Assembly: GCA_963796055.1 (NCBI GenBank)
Contig: CAWCKH010000004.1
Location: forward strand, 64,001-128,000
DNA: 64,000 nt
DNA from: an uncultured delta proteobacterium
GTDB lineage: Bacteria; Myxococcota; Myxococcia; Myxococcales; Myxococcaceae
Direction of reading: 5' to 3'
The translations under genes were made by a program, and so were the position numbers. The notes beneath the pieces were generated by a model. It searched no databases. It was not told the DNA's origin and worked only from the letters and a program-made list of their open reading frames with translations. Of the stretch, positions 28,808-38,387 are shown one piece after another. Numbering within the stretch: position 1 is the stretch's first letter; each line of letters begins with the position of its first letter.

Positions 28808-31800
28808 CTACGCCCGCCGCCGCCGAAGCAGCGCGAAGGCCGCCACGACGAGGAGGGCGACCGCGGAGCTCGGAGCGCCCGTGCTGGAGCAGCCGCCCGA
28901 ATCCTGGGGAGGCTTCGAGATGGTCAGGTTCTTCGTCGCGGTGGAGGTGAGCCCGGTCGTATCGGTCACCTTCAGCGAGATCACCACGGTGCCCGCGGTG
29001 GTCGCGGTGAAGGTGACGTGGGCTGCGGTCGCCGAGCTGAAGGTCCCCGCCGGTCCCGAGGCCTGACTCCAGGCGTAGGTGAGAGTCTGGCCGTCCGGAT
29101 CGGTCGACGCGTTGCCGTCCAGCTGAACCGCTTGACCCGTCTTCGCGCTGCTCGGACCGTTGATCCGCGCCACGGGTGGACTGCCGAGGTCGTGGACCGT
29201 GACGTGGGTATCCGACGTCCGCGTCCCGTTCTGGCCGGTGGCGGTCAGCCGGAAGGTGAGCACCGTGTCCTGATCGACCATGGGCGCGGTGAAGGTCGTG
29301 GTCAGGGCCACGGGGCTCAGGGTGACAGCTGGACCTCCGATCTGGCTCCACGCGGTGGACACCTCGCCGCCGCTCAGGTCGGGCGCCGAGCCGGTGAGGG
29401 TCGCGGTGGCGCCCTCGTTCACCGTCTGGTCAGGCCCGGCATCGGCGATCGGGATGCAGACGTGGCGATCGGCGACGTCCTCGAGGAACGGAGTGTTCGC
29501 CGCGTTGCTCACCGCGAAGTCGTCCAGCTCGTACAGGAAGATGGTGTTGAAATCGTCGAACCCGCCGCCGTAGCGGAACCGTACCCGGACCGATTTCCCC
29601 GCGAGGCTGGCATGGAAGTTGGCGGTGGTGGTGAGGAAGCCCGGCGCGCTCGCGTCGGCGGCGGTGAACGCCATCCGCCCGGCGAGCGGGCTCTGGTACT
29701 GCGGAATGGCGCCGGCGCGGCTCGCGACCTCGTGGTTGTACCCGTTGGTGATGGTCGCTCCGAACACCGGGTCGGTCATGTCCGTCCAGGTCGTCCCGTC
29801 GTCGGTCGAGACCTCCACCACCACGCCACCCAGGTAGGGGATGGCCGTCACCGCGCCGTTGGCGAAGATCGCGGCGATGCTCGACCAGGAGAGGATGAAA
29901 TCACCCGCCGCACCGACCTGGATCGGCGGCGAGATGAGCGACTCGTCCGCCTGAATGTTGTTGGCGACGTCCCAGCTGATTGAACCGCTGTCCAGTTCCC
30001 CCCGGAACCAGCTGCTGAGTGCGGGAGAGCTCTGGCCGTGCGGCGGGTACTCGATCGCCCAGTTGGAGTTGATCGCCTCGAACCCGTCGGTGGTGGCTGT
30101 CGCCACGTCGTCGAAGTTGGTCGGCGCCCCCCCGTTGTCCCCGTTCTGGGGTGTGGTGGCCAGGGTCGAGCCCTCCACCGTCGCGGTGACCGTCACCGAA
30201 CCCGGGGTGGTGACTCCGTTGAGCGCGATCTTCGCGGTGGCCACGCCGGTCGCGCCGGGGGCGATGGCCGGGAAGGTCAGCGACGGCCCGTCGGGGAAGG
30301 TGATCCCGGGGTCGGTGCTGGACACGGTCCCGGTGACGCCGGTGACGGTGTCCTTGCCCACGTTCCGGAGGGTCACCGAGACCAGGGCGACCTCGCCGCT
30401 GTCGAGGATGCCGTCCCCGTCGCAGTTGGACGGCCCATCCACGACGGCCACGCTCTCCAGCCGGACGTTGGTGCCCCAGGTGAAGTCCTCGACCAGGCCG
30501 GCGTGATCCGCGCTCGCCCGGTCGGGCGCGACCGCGGCCACTCCCAGTCCGCGCCGGGCGAAGGCTTTCCCGAACGCCTGGTAATCGGCATCACTGCTCG
30601 CCGCCGCGACCTGGAGCAGCGCATCACGCGCCTCGACGAAGGTCGGATACGCCGGCGTCACCTTGTAGGCGGCGACCAGGTAGTCCTTCATCCGCTGCTG
30701 CGCCTCGGTGAACGAGTAGGCGTTGAGCAGCGAGGCGTAGCAGTCCCAGAGCATGGTGGCCCAGATCTCGCCGGTGTTGTGGACCTCCGCGGGGTTGTCC
30801 GCAGCCGAGCCACCCCAGGGGAAGGTGACGCTGCCCGGGGCGAAGGCGGTGTTGATGAACTTGAAGGTGGTGCCGTTCTTCGCCAGGTCCGTGGAGTAGG
30901 TGACCCGGCGAATGCCGAACCAGATCGGATCGGAGATGAGCCCGGCGGTGGCGTAGGTCGCCGCACCGTAGGCTCCCTGCCACTGGTCGTTTCCGGGGAC
31001 CGTGCTGTCCTCCTCACGCACCAGCATCAGGAGCGCGTGGAAGTCGGACCAGCCCTCGCCCATTCCGCGACCCTGACAGCTGTCGCAGAGGTCCAGGGCT
31101 CCGCCGGCGATCAGCCGGTGAGCGATGAAGTGCCCCCACTCGTGGGCGACGATCCCGCTGTCGATCGCTCCATCGAGGTCGGGCTTGGTGACCCGCTTCA
31201 TGTGAACGTTGAGCCCCGCGCCATTCGCCGCGGCGATGAGCGTCAGCCCGTCGGCGTTGGACACCAGGTATGCGGGGAGGTCGAACCCGAGGCTCACGTT
31301 CGTCGCGCCGTTGGTGGCATTGCGGAAGATCACGCCGATCGCCCCCGCCGCCTGCACCGCGGCCGCCTTGGCGGCAAAGCTGCACGTGCCGCGATCCACC
31401 AGGGCGATCTTCCCGGCCAGGGCCGCGCCGTTGGTCACCGCGGTGCACGCCAGCGCAGGGTTCGCCTGGACCACGTTCTGGGTGATGTCGAAGCTCGTCG
31501 GCGAGTTGCTCATGACGACCACCGGCACGTCGCCGTTCGGGAAGCCCAGGGTGTCGTTCCCGTTCACGTGCAGCGTGGGGATGGTCTGACCGTCGAACAC
31601 GTACATCTGCATCCGCGGAGACGCGCCGTCCGCGGGGGTCCACATGTTCGCGTTGTCCCGCCCGCTGAAGTCGAACGCCTCGGCGAAGAGCGGGTCCTGG
31701 TCGCCGCCCGAGGGGCCGCGGCCGTAATTGTCGCTCTGCGCGTTCCCCGAGGCCTCGCTGAATCCCGAGTCGTAGTACCAGTCGTGGAACCAGTTGTTCA

Positions 31801-33076
31801 GGAAGAAGAGGTGGACGATTGCCGCCTTGTTGCTCGACGTGTCGGTGCCGGCGGGCACGAGGTCGGTCCAGAGGTACTTGAAGGCGCGCGTCCCGGTCAG
31901 CTGGGCCCGGTAGTCCGGCCCGTTGGGGTCCGGCGTGTAGCCGTCCTCGCCGCCCAGGTCCGCGTAGGCGTCGACGTTGTTCCCCACCGTCTCGGTGGCG
32001 TCGTCAGGAAGCCAGGGATCTCCGGTGCTGATCGGGCCGGACACCAGCTTGACGTCCTGCGGCGCCATCACCGGCGGGGCGACGAACGGCGTGACCGGCC
32101 CGGACTGCGGCGCGGGCGAGAGCGCGTTGCCGTAGGGAGAGTCCCACGGCCGGTAGTCGCCCTGGTCATCCGCCCACACGCGATAGGTGAAGGCCTGGGC
32201 GGACGCGGAGAGGTTGGTCCGCACCAGCACCCGGCCGTCACTCCCGGAGATGACGTAGGCGTAGTAGTCGAGCGTCCTCGCCTCCGGGTCCCGCGAGGCG
32301 ACCTCGACGTAGTACGCGGGCTCGAGCGAGCCCGGCTGGTGGAAGAGGACCTGCCTGGCGCGGGCGGGGAAGCGCAGCGGGGACGGAGTGGAGACGTCGG
32401 CGCGGATCTGGACCCCGCGGTAGTCCCCCCGGATGACGCCGTTCTCCTCGAACGCGCCGGCGCCCAGTGGCGTGCCGGTGAGGTCGCCGTAGGCCGCTGC
32501 CACCGCTGCGGCGTGGCTCACCTGGAAGCTCGGCTGCGGCTGCCGGACGCTGCTCGCCGTGGCGGAGAAGAGCGCCGCCGCGGATTCCGGCGTGGAGACG
32601 TAGCCGGTGAGCCCGACCAGCCGGAGCTTCCGGTCCATCACCACGTTCAGCTGCTCGCCCCAGACCTCGAGACCGCCGGGACGCGAGACCAGGTTGACGA
32701 TGATCGCCCCCCGGCCCGTGTCGTGGACCTGCTTGACGGTGAGCGCGTCGGCGTCTGCCGACCGGAGGAAGTACGCGCCGGCGTACGAGCGCAGGTGCTC
32801 CCGCGCTGCGTCCGCAGGCGTGCGCGCGCTCGGCACGGGGCCCACCGCGCTGTACGGCGCACGGATGACCGTCGGCAGCGCGAACCGCGCCTCGGCGGCC
32901 TTGACCGAGCTGGTTTGCGGGAGGCGCCGGTTCACGGCCTGCAACGTGCTGCTCGTCGCCGGTCGCGAGGGTCCGGAGTAGACCGCGTGGTAGTTGGGCA
33001 GATCGCGCGCGAGCGCGGGGACGGAGAGCAGCAGAAGAGCGGCCGTCAAGCGGACGCCCGGAGTGCGACGACGCAT
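28808..33076 (-). CDS. M36 (fungalysin) metallopeptidase with PA and PKD/Ig domains and a MYXO-CTERM anchor
   Basis: Signal peptide, propeptide, NNWFHD...GFSEASGNAQ, TPADG.SPRMQM, PA insert (KIALVDRGTC), HEWGH...GEGWSD, EVHNTGEIW, C-terminal GGCSSTG-hydrophobic-RRRRA. Confidence 0.93.
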   Translation of the reverse strand: MRRRTPGVRLTAALLLLSVPALARDLPNYHAVYSGPSRPATSSTLQAVNRRLPQTSSVKAAEARFALPTVIRAPYSAVGPVPSARTPADAAREHLRSYAGAYFLRSADADALTVKQVHDTGRGAIIVNLVSRPGGLEVWGEQLNVVMDRKLRLVGLTGYVSTPESAAALFSATASSVRQPQPSFQVSHAAAVAAAYGDLTGTPLGAGAFEENGVIRGDYRGVQIRADVSTPSPLRFPARARQVLFHQPGSLEPAYYVEVASRDPEARTLDYYAYVISGSDGRVLVRTNLSASAQAFTYRVWADDQGDYRPWDSPYGNALSPAPQSGPVTPFVAPPVMAPQDVKLVSGPISTGDPWLPDDATETVGNNVDAYADLGGEDGYTPDPNGPDYRAQLTGTRAFKYLWTDLVPAGTDTSSNKAAIVHLFFLNNWFHDWYYDSGFSEASGNAQSDNYGRGPSGGDQDPLFAEAFDFSGRDNANMWTPADGASPRMQMYVFDGQTIPTLHVNGNDTLGFPNGDVPVVVMSNSPTSFDITQNVVQANPALACTAVTNGAALAGKIALVDRGTCSFAAKAAAVQAAGAIGVIFRNATNGATNVSLGFDLPAYLVSNADGLTLIAAANGAGLNVHMKRVTKPDLDGAIDSGIVAHEWGHFIAHRLIAGGALDLCDSCQGRGMGEGWSDFHALLMLVREEDSTVPGNDQWQGAYGAATYATAGLISDPIWFGIRRVTYSTDLAKNGTTFKFINTAFAPGSVTFPWGGSAADNPAEVHNTGEIWATMLWDCYASLLNAYSFTEAQQRMKDYLVAAYKVTPAYPTFVEARDALLQVAAASSDADYQAFGKAFARRGLGVAAVAPDRASADHAGLVEDFTWGTNVRLESVAVVDGPSNCDGDGILDSGEVALVSVTLRNVGKDTVTGVTGTVSSTDPGITFPDGPSLTFPAIAPGATGVATAKIALNGVTTPGSVTVTATVEGSTLATTPQNGDNGGAPTNFDDVATATTDGFEAINSNWAIEYPPHGQSSPALSSWFRGELDSGSISWDVANNIQADESLISPPIQVGAAGDFILSWSSIAAIFANGAVTAIPYLGGVVVEVSTDDGTTWTDMTDPVFGATITNGYNHEVASRAGAIPQYQSPLAGRMAFTAADASAPGFLTTTANFHASLAGKSVRVRFRYGGGFDDFNTIFLYELDDFAVSNAANTPFLEDVADRHVCIPIADAGPDQTVNEGATATLTGSAPDLSGGEVSTAWSQIGGPAVTLSPVALTTTFTAPMVDQDTVLTFRLTATGQNGTRTSDTHVTVHDLGSPPVARINGPSSAKTGQAVQLDGNASTDPDGQTLTYAWSQASGPAGTFSSATAAHVTFTATTAGTVVISLKVTDTTGLTSTATKNLTISKPPQDSGGCSSTGAPSSAVALLVVAAFALLRRRRA

Positions 33077-33344
33077 GCGAACCTCGGCGGGGATGGGAGG
33101 GGCGGCGACGGCGCGCGCGCAATGCACCTGCACGGACCGGCCGTGTTGGCGAGCCATCGACCCCCTCCCTCCAGAGCGACAGGACGCTAGAGGATGGCGC
33201 CGCACCGGGAGCCCGCAGTTTTCCGGGAAATTCAGAGGGACCCACCCCTCCAGCGTTCAGAGGTGAACAAAACCCCTCTGCGCCGAGGTCTTCGGATGCG
33301 GCGTGGGGGGAGCAGTCTCGAATCTCGCGGCCCGGACACCGAGC

Positions 33345-34055
33345 TCAGAGCCCGAGGTACGCCTCGCGGATGCTCGCGTCGGAGATGAGCTGGGACGCCG
33401 CCCCTTCCTTCACCAGCTTTCCGTGCTCGATGACGTAGCCCCGGTCGGAGATCTCCAGCCCCTCCATCACCTTCTGCTCGACGATCAGCACCGTGACCGA
33501 CTTGGAGATCTCCCGCACCGCCGCCAGGGTCTGCTCGGTCAGCTTGGGTGACAGCCCCAGCGACGGCTCGTCGAGCATCAGGAGCTTCGGCTCGGACATC
33601 AGGGCCCGGCTGATGGCCACCATCTGCTGCTCGCCGCCGGAGAGCGTCCCCGCCAGCTGCTTCCGCCGCTCCGCCAGGCGGGGGAAGAGCGCGTACATCC
33701 GCTCGAGGTTGGCGGAGCGCTGGGCTCGGGCCCGGGAGAGCTGCGAGCCGAGGTAGAGGTTCTCCTCCACCGTCATCTCCGGAAAGAGCTGGCGCCCCTC
33801 GGGGACGTGGCCAATGCCGAGGTCGACGATGGTGTCCGCAGCGGTGCGGGTGATGTCCTTCCCCTCGAAGTGCACCGAACCCGACCGCGGCCGGAGCAGA
33901 CCGGAGATGACCCGGAGACAGGTCGTCTTCCCCGCCCCGTTTCCCCCGAGCAGCGCCAGGACCTCGTTGGGCCGCACCTCGAAGCTCACTCCGAACAGCG
34001 CCTGGAAGTCGCCGTAGTAGGCAACGACGTCGCGGAGCTCGAGCAGCGCGGTCAT
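33345..34055 (-). CDS. livF: Branched-chain amino acid ABC transporter ATPase
   Basis: GGNGAGKTT, VPEGRQLF, LSGGEQQM, LDEPSLGLSP. Confidence 0.93.
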   Translation of the reverse strand: MTALLELRDVVAYYGDFQALFGVSFEVRPNEVLALLGGNGAGKTTCLRVISGLLRPRSGSVHFEGKDITRTAADTIVDLGIGHVPEGRQLFPEMTVEENLYLGSQLSRARAQRSANLERMYALFPRLAERRKQLAGTLSGGEQQMVAISRALMSEPKLLMLDEPSLGLSPKLTEQTLAAVREISKSVTVLIVEQKVMEGLEISDRGYVIEHGKLVKEGAASQLISDASIREAYLGL

Positions 34056-34792
34056 CGCCCAGCCCCGGCCATGAACTTCGAGCCCAGGTAGGCCTCGATC
34101 ACCTTCGGGTCCCGCACCACCTCCGCTGGAGGTCCCTCGGCGATCTTCCGTCCCTGGTCGAGCACCACCACCCGGGAAGCCAGCGACATCACGATCCGCA
34201 TGATGTGCTCCACCCCACCCACGCTGGTGATGCCGAACTCCCGGAGCCGCTTGATCAGCGCCACCACCTCCTCGCCTTCGCGCGGATTGAGACCGGCCAT
34301 CACCTCGTCCAGGAGCAACAGCCGTGCCCCGGTGCCGATGGCCCGGGCGACCTCCAGGAGCTTGCGCTGGGCGAGCGGAAGCCCGCTGGCCAGCTGATCG
34401 GCCCGCGCCCCCAGACCGATGAAGGCCAGGATCTCGTCTGCCCGCGCCGCCGCATCCGCGCGCCGCGGGTGCTGGAGGAACGTTCCCAGCATCACGTTCT
34501 CGCGCACCGTCAGCGCGGGGAGCGGCTGGACCACCTGGAACGTCCGTCCGATGCCCAGCCGAGTCGCCTGATACGGCTCGCCCCCGGTGATGTCCCGTCC
34601 GGCGAAGCGAATGGTGCCCGCGTCCGGCTTCACGAAGCCAGTGATGAGGTTGAAGACGGTGGTCTTCCCCGCACCATTGGGGCCAATCAGAAAGACGATT
34701 TCCCCCTCGTCGACGTGAAAGCTGACGTCGTTGGTGGCAATCAACCCTCCGAAGCGCTTGATCACCTTCTCGAACTCGAGGATTCGCGGCAT
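34052..34792 (-). CDS. livG: Branched-chain amino acid ABC transporter ATPase
   Basis: GPNGAGKTT, GIGRTFQ, LLDEVMAGL, VIEAYLG. Confidence 0.93.
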   Translation of the reverse strand: MPRILEFEKVIKRFGGLIATNDVSFHVDEGEIVFLIGPNGAGKTTVFNLITGFVKPDAGTIRFAGRDITGGEPYQATRLGIGRTFQVVQPLPALTVRENVMLGTFLQHPRRADAAARADEILAFIGLGARADQLASGLPLAQRKLLEVARAIGTGARLLLLDEVMAGLNPREGEEVVALIKRLREFGITSVGGVEHIMRIVMSLASRVVVLDQGRKIAEGPPAEVVRDPKVIEAYLGSKFMAGAGR

Positions 34793-34795
34793 GGC

Positions 34796-35758
34796 CTAGC
34801 CCTGGACCGAGCCGATGGGGCCGGCCTCACGCCTGAACCGCCGACGCCCCTCGAAGAGGGAGATCACCCCCCCGGGAAGGAACACCACCACCACGATCAG
34901 CAGCAGGCCGTAGACCACCAGGTGGGTGTGCTCGAAGTAGGTCTTGAAGATCTCCGCGGTGAGCGTGAGGACGATCGAGCCGAGGATCGGCCCCCACACC
35001 GTCCCCGCGCCCCCGAGCATGGCGATCAGCGCCGCCTGCACCGAGATCTCGATGTTGAGCACCGTGTCCGGGCCCACGAAGCTGAAGTAACTGGCGTAGA
35101 TGCTCCCGGCCAGCGCGGTGAACATCGCGCTGGGGATCAGCGCCAGCAGCTTCTCCCGGGCCGGGTTCACCCCGACAGCCATCGCGGTGTCCTCGTTCTC
35201 CCGGATGGCCCGGAGCCGGTACCCGAAGCGCGAGGAGTGGATCCAGGTCGCCAGGGCGAACGCCGCCCCCAGCAGGGGGATGGACCCGAAGAAGAACTTG
35301 GCGTCCAGATCCGGCGCCTGGAACAGGAGCGGCGCGTTGGTGCCCACCGCGCCATGGGTGAGCTCGTCCTGGTTCTGCACCAGCACCCGGATGATCTCCG
35401 CTGCGGCGATGGTGGAGAGGGCGAAGTACGGCCCCCGGAGCCGGAAGGTGATGCTCCCGATGAGCAGCGCGGCGACGGCCGCCAGCACCGCACCGAGCAC
35501 CACCCCCAGCCAGGGGTTCCAGCCGATGCGCTCGGTGGAGAGCGTCATCGCGTAGGCGCCGATCCCGAAGTACGCCACGTGGCCGAGGCTCAGCTGCCCG
35601 GCGTAACCGCCCACGAGGTTCCAGGCGATGCCCAGGACCGCGAAGACGATGACCCGGAACACCAGCTGCAGCACGTACCCGTCGTGCATCCACAGGGGGA
35701 AGCTGGCCAGGGCGACGAAGAACGCCGCGGTCAGTCCCCAGCGACGGAGCCGGCTCAT
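34796..35758 (-). CDS. livM: Branched-chain amino acid ABC transporter permease
   Basis: WNLVGGYAGQLSLGH, RLRGPYFALST, AIRENE, LGGAGTVWGP. Confidence 0.92.
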   Translation of the reverse strand: MSRLRRWGLTAAFFVALASFPLWMHDGYVLQLVFRVIVFAVLGIAWNLVGGYAGQLSLGHVAYFGIGAYAMTLSTERIGWNPWLGVVLGAVLAAVAALLIGSITFRLRGPYFALSTIAAAEIIRVLVQNQDELTHGAVGTNAPLLFQAPDLDAKFFFGSIPLLGAAFALATWIHSSRFGYRLRAIRENEDTAMAVGVNPAREKLLALIPSAMFTALAGSIYASYFSFVGPDTVLNIEISVQAALIAMLGGAGTVWGPILGSIVLTLTAEIFKTYFEHTHLVVYGLLLIVVVVFLPGGVISLFEGRRRFRREAGPIGSVQG

Positions 35759-36615
35759 GTTTTCCCCCCGAAGAGCCCCTGGGGCCGGAAGACCAGTACC
35801 AGGAGGAAGATGACGAAGTTCACCACCTCGGCGTAGCGGTCGGCCCAGGTGTACGCGGTGAACTGCTCCGCCACCCCGAGCAGCAGCCCCCCCAGCGCCG
35901 CGCCCTGCACGCTCCCCATGCCCCCCAGCACCACGATGACGAAGGACTTCAGGGTGTAGGGCCCGCCCACCGTGGGGTTGGTCCAGAAGATGGGCAGCAG
36001 CAACGCTCCTGCCACCCCGGCGCAGGCGACGCCCAGCCCGAAAGTGATGGCCGACACCCGCTCCACCCGGATGCCCATCAGCGGGGCCACGGTGCGGTTC
36101 TGGGCCACCGCGCGGATGGCCCGGCCCATCTCGGTGTGCCCGAGGAACTGGCGCAGCGCGACGACCAGCGCCAGCGACACCGCGAAGGACAGGATGTACC
36201 CCACGCTGAAGTGCAGCTGGCCGAGGCTGGTGATGCGGTTGGCGATGGGGAGATTGATCTGCCGGTAGTCCGCCCCGAAGACCAGCTGGGCCAGCCCCAC
36301 CAGGGTCAGGCTGATCCCCTCGGTGAGGAGGATCTGCAGGAAGTCGTTGGCCCCCATCACCCGTCGCACCAGGAGCCGGTAGACGCCCACCGCGAACACG
36401 AAGAGCACCGCGCCCCAGACCGGGAACGCGAGGTAGGGGTTGAGACCCAGGAGCACCCAGCCGTAGTAGCTGAGGTACGTCCCGAGCATCAGGAAGGCCC
36501 CGTGGGCGAAGTTCACCAGGCGCATGACGCCGAAGATCAGCGCCATGCCACTGGCGATCAGCGCGTAGACGCCTCCCACCAGCAGGCCGTTGAGAAAGGC
36601 CTGCAGGAATTGCAC
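35755..36615 (-). CDS. livH: Branched-chain amino acid ABC transporter permease
   Basis: YALIASGMALIFGVMRLVNFAHG, GRAIRAVAQN, VVLGGMGS, RPQGLFG. Confidence 0.93.
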   Translation of the reverse strand: MQFLQAFLNGLLVGGVYALIASGMALIFGVMRLVNFAHGAFLMLGTYLSYYGWVLLGLNPYLAFPVWGAVLFVFAVGVYRLLVRRVMGANDFLQILLTEGISLTLVGLAQLVFGADYRQINLPIANRITSLGQLHFSVGYILSFAVSLALVVALRQFLGHTEMGRAIRAVAQNRTVAPLMGIRVERVSAITFGLGVACAGVAGALLLPIFWTNPTVGGPYTLKSFVIVVLGGMGSVQGAALGGLLLGVAEQFTAYTWADRYAEVVNFVIFLLVLVFRPQGLFGGKT

Positions 36616-36616
36616 G

Positions 36617-37795
36617 TCAGCGCTCGCTCCACTTCGGGGTGGGGACGATCGCGTCGCCAGTGGCCTCGGCCTTGGGGGAAACGATCACGTACTTTCCCTT
36701 CTGGATCTGGGTCACCAGGACCGGATGCGCGTTCTGCCCCCGGGCGTCGAACTTCACCGGGCCGAAGGTGGTCTGGGGCATGTCGGTGGCCTTCAGCGCG
36801 TCGCGGATCGCGACCGGGTCCCACTTGCCGGCCCGCTTCACCGCGTCGGCCATCACCTTCAGCGCGGTGTAGGCCTGCACCGCGTGGTAGGCGGGGATGG
36901 ACCCGTACTTCGCCTCGAACTTCTTGGCGAACTCGGCGCTCCCCGGCCACTTCGATTCCGGCATCCACTGGGTGACGCTGAAGGTGTACTCGGCGTCCTT
37001 CCCGGCTCCCTTCTCCGCGGTCGGGAACTCGGGGGCGCTGAAGCCGGTGCCCGCCGCGGTGTAGTACCGAGGGTTCAGATCCACCTGCCGCGCCTGGTGC
37101 ATCAGGCTCGTCGCATCCAGCAGGTAGCTGGCGAAGTAGATCGTGTCCGGGTTCTTCTCCTTCACCTTCTGGAGCATGGCGGTGTAGCTCGGGGACTTGG
37201 CGGTGTACGACTCGTCGGCGACGATGGGGATGCCCGCCTCGGTGGCCGCCTTCTTCATCGACGCCCCGTTGGCCTGCCCGAAGTTGGTGTTCTCGTAGAT
37301 GATCGCCAGGGCCTTCGGCACTCCCACTTCCTTGAAGAAGACCATCATGGCGTTGGCGTAGCCGGTGGCTCCGGCGCAGAGCCGGAAGCTCCAGCCCTCG
37401 GTGTTGTCGAGCACGTTGTCCGCGGTGGCGGTGGGCATCAGCAGTGGCACACCGCGCCGGGCCACCAGCGGGACGATGGCCTTGGTGCTCTCCGACGAGT
37501 AGGACCCGATGAGCGCGCTCACCTTGTCCTGGTCCACCAGCTTGGCGACGCCCGAGGCGGCGATGTCGGCCTTGCTCTGGTCGTCGTACTTCACGATCTC
37601 CAGCGGCTTTCCGAGCACGCCACCCGAGGCGTTGATCTCCTCGAGGGCGATCTCGTAGCCCCGGTCGTGGGCCTGACCAAACGCCTGCTGGCTTCCGGTG
37701 AGCGCGGTGATGATTCCGATCCGGCCGGGCTTGCTCTGTGGACAGGCGGTGAGAGCGAGGACGGCGAAGGCGAGGACGAGGCGACGGGGGGGCAT
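36617..37795 (-). CDS. livK: LivK-like ABC substrate-binding lipoprotein
   Basis: Lipobox LTAC; ALTG, INASGGVLG, YDDQS, GSYSS, FGPVKFD; GAGGAG RBS. Confidence 0.88.
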   Translation of the reverse strand: MPPRRLVLAFAVLALTACPQSKPGRIGIITALTGSQQAFGQAHDRGYEIALEEINASGGVLGKPLEIVKYDDQSKADIAASGVAKLVDQDKVSALIGSYSSESTKAIVPLVARRGVPLLMPTATADNVLDNTEGWSFRLCAGATGYANAMMVFFKEVGVPKALAIIYENTNFGQANGASMKKAATEAGIPIVADESYTAKSPSYTAMLQKVKEKNPDTIYFASYLLDATSLMHQARQVDLNPRYYTAAGTGFSAPEFPTAEKGAGKDAEYTFSVTQWMPESKWPGSAEFAKKFEAKYGSIPAYHAVQAYTALKVMADAVKRAGKWDPVAIRDALKATDMPQTTFGPVKFDARGQNAHPVLVTQIQKGKYVIVSPKAEATGDAIVPTPKWSER

Positions 37796-37804
37796 CGATT
37801 CACT

Positions 37805-38049
37805 CCTCTGTGCGTTCCACTCGGAGTAGGTCAGCCCAGGTATCCGGCACCAGCGAAAAAGAGACGGCCGTGCAGCAACCGCACATCAGCATCGTGACGC
37901 TCTGCGTTGATTCCTGCCCGGTGGACGACGCCCCGCGTCTTCTGCGGAACATTGCCTGGTTTTTCGCCCATCGCTGAACGGCGAGGACACCCCGTATCTG
38001 GACTGACCCCGCCGCTCGGGTGGAGAGAAGAGGTTGGAACGCAAAGAGG
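37805..38049. repeat. 15-bp inverted repeat (14/15 match) at the two ends of a divergent intergenic region
   Basis: cctctgtgcgttcca (37805-37819) versus tggaacgcaaagagg (38035-38049). Confidence 0.7.
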
Positions 38050-38063
38050 GAGACAGATTGCCG

Positions 38064-38387
38064 ATGCCGTCGAAGAGGAACTTCGTCGCCCAGGAGACCC
38101 CCGAGCCCTCCGGCTCCCCCCAGCCGACCGAGCAGGCGCCGAAGGGGCGCACGCGCCCGGCCCGGACCCCGCGCCCGTCCCGGGGCGCCGCGGTCATCCC
38201 CGCGCCGCGCAAGGCCGAGCTCCACCGGGTACCCATGCCGCCCCGGCCCATGCCCACCCGGGAGCAGATCGCCCGGCGGGCCTACGAGATCTGGCTGCAG
38301 AGCGGGTGCCTGTGCGGTCGCGACGACGAGAACTGGGCCCAGGCCGAGCGCGAGCTGTCGGCCGGATGCTCAGCGCAGCAGGGCTGA
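38064..38387 (+). CDS. DUF2934-domain protein
   Basis: PTREQIARRAYEIWLQSG...GRDDENWAQAEREL. Confidence 0.8.
   Translation: MPSKRNFVAQETPEPSGSPQPTEQAPKGRTRPARTPRPSRGAAVIPAPRKAELHRVPMPPRPMPTREQIARRAYEIWLQSGCLCGRDDENWAQAERELSAGCSAQQG

Noticed and set aside
30038..33190. Long opposite-strand ORFs (e.g. 30038-33190, 39473-42283, 10195-12000, 50669-52837)
   Set aside because: Shadow frames of well-supported genes, expected in high-GC DNA; no motifs.
37805..38049. MITE defined by the 15-bp inverted repeats
   Set aside because: No target-site duplication, the repeats include the RBSs of both genes, and no transposase is in the window.
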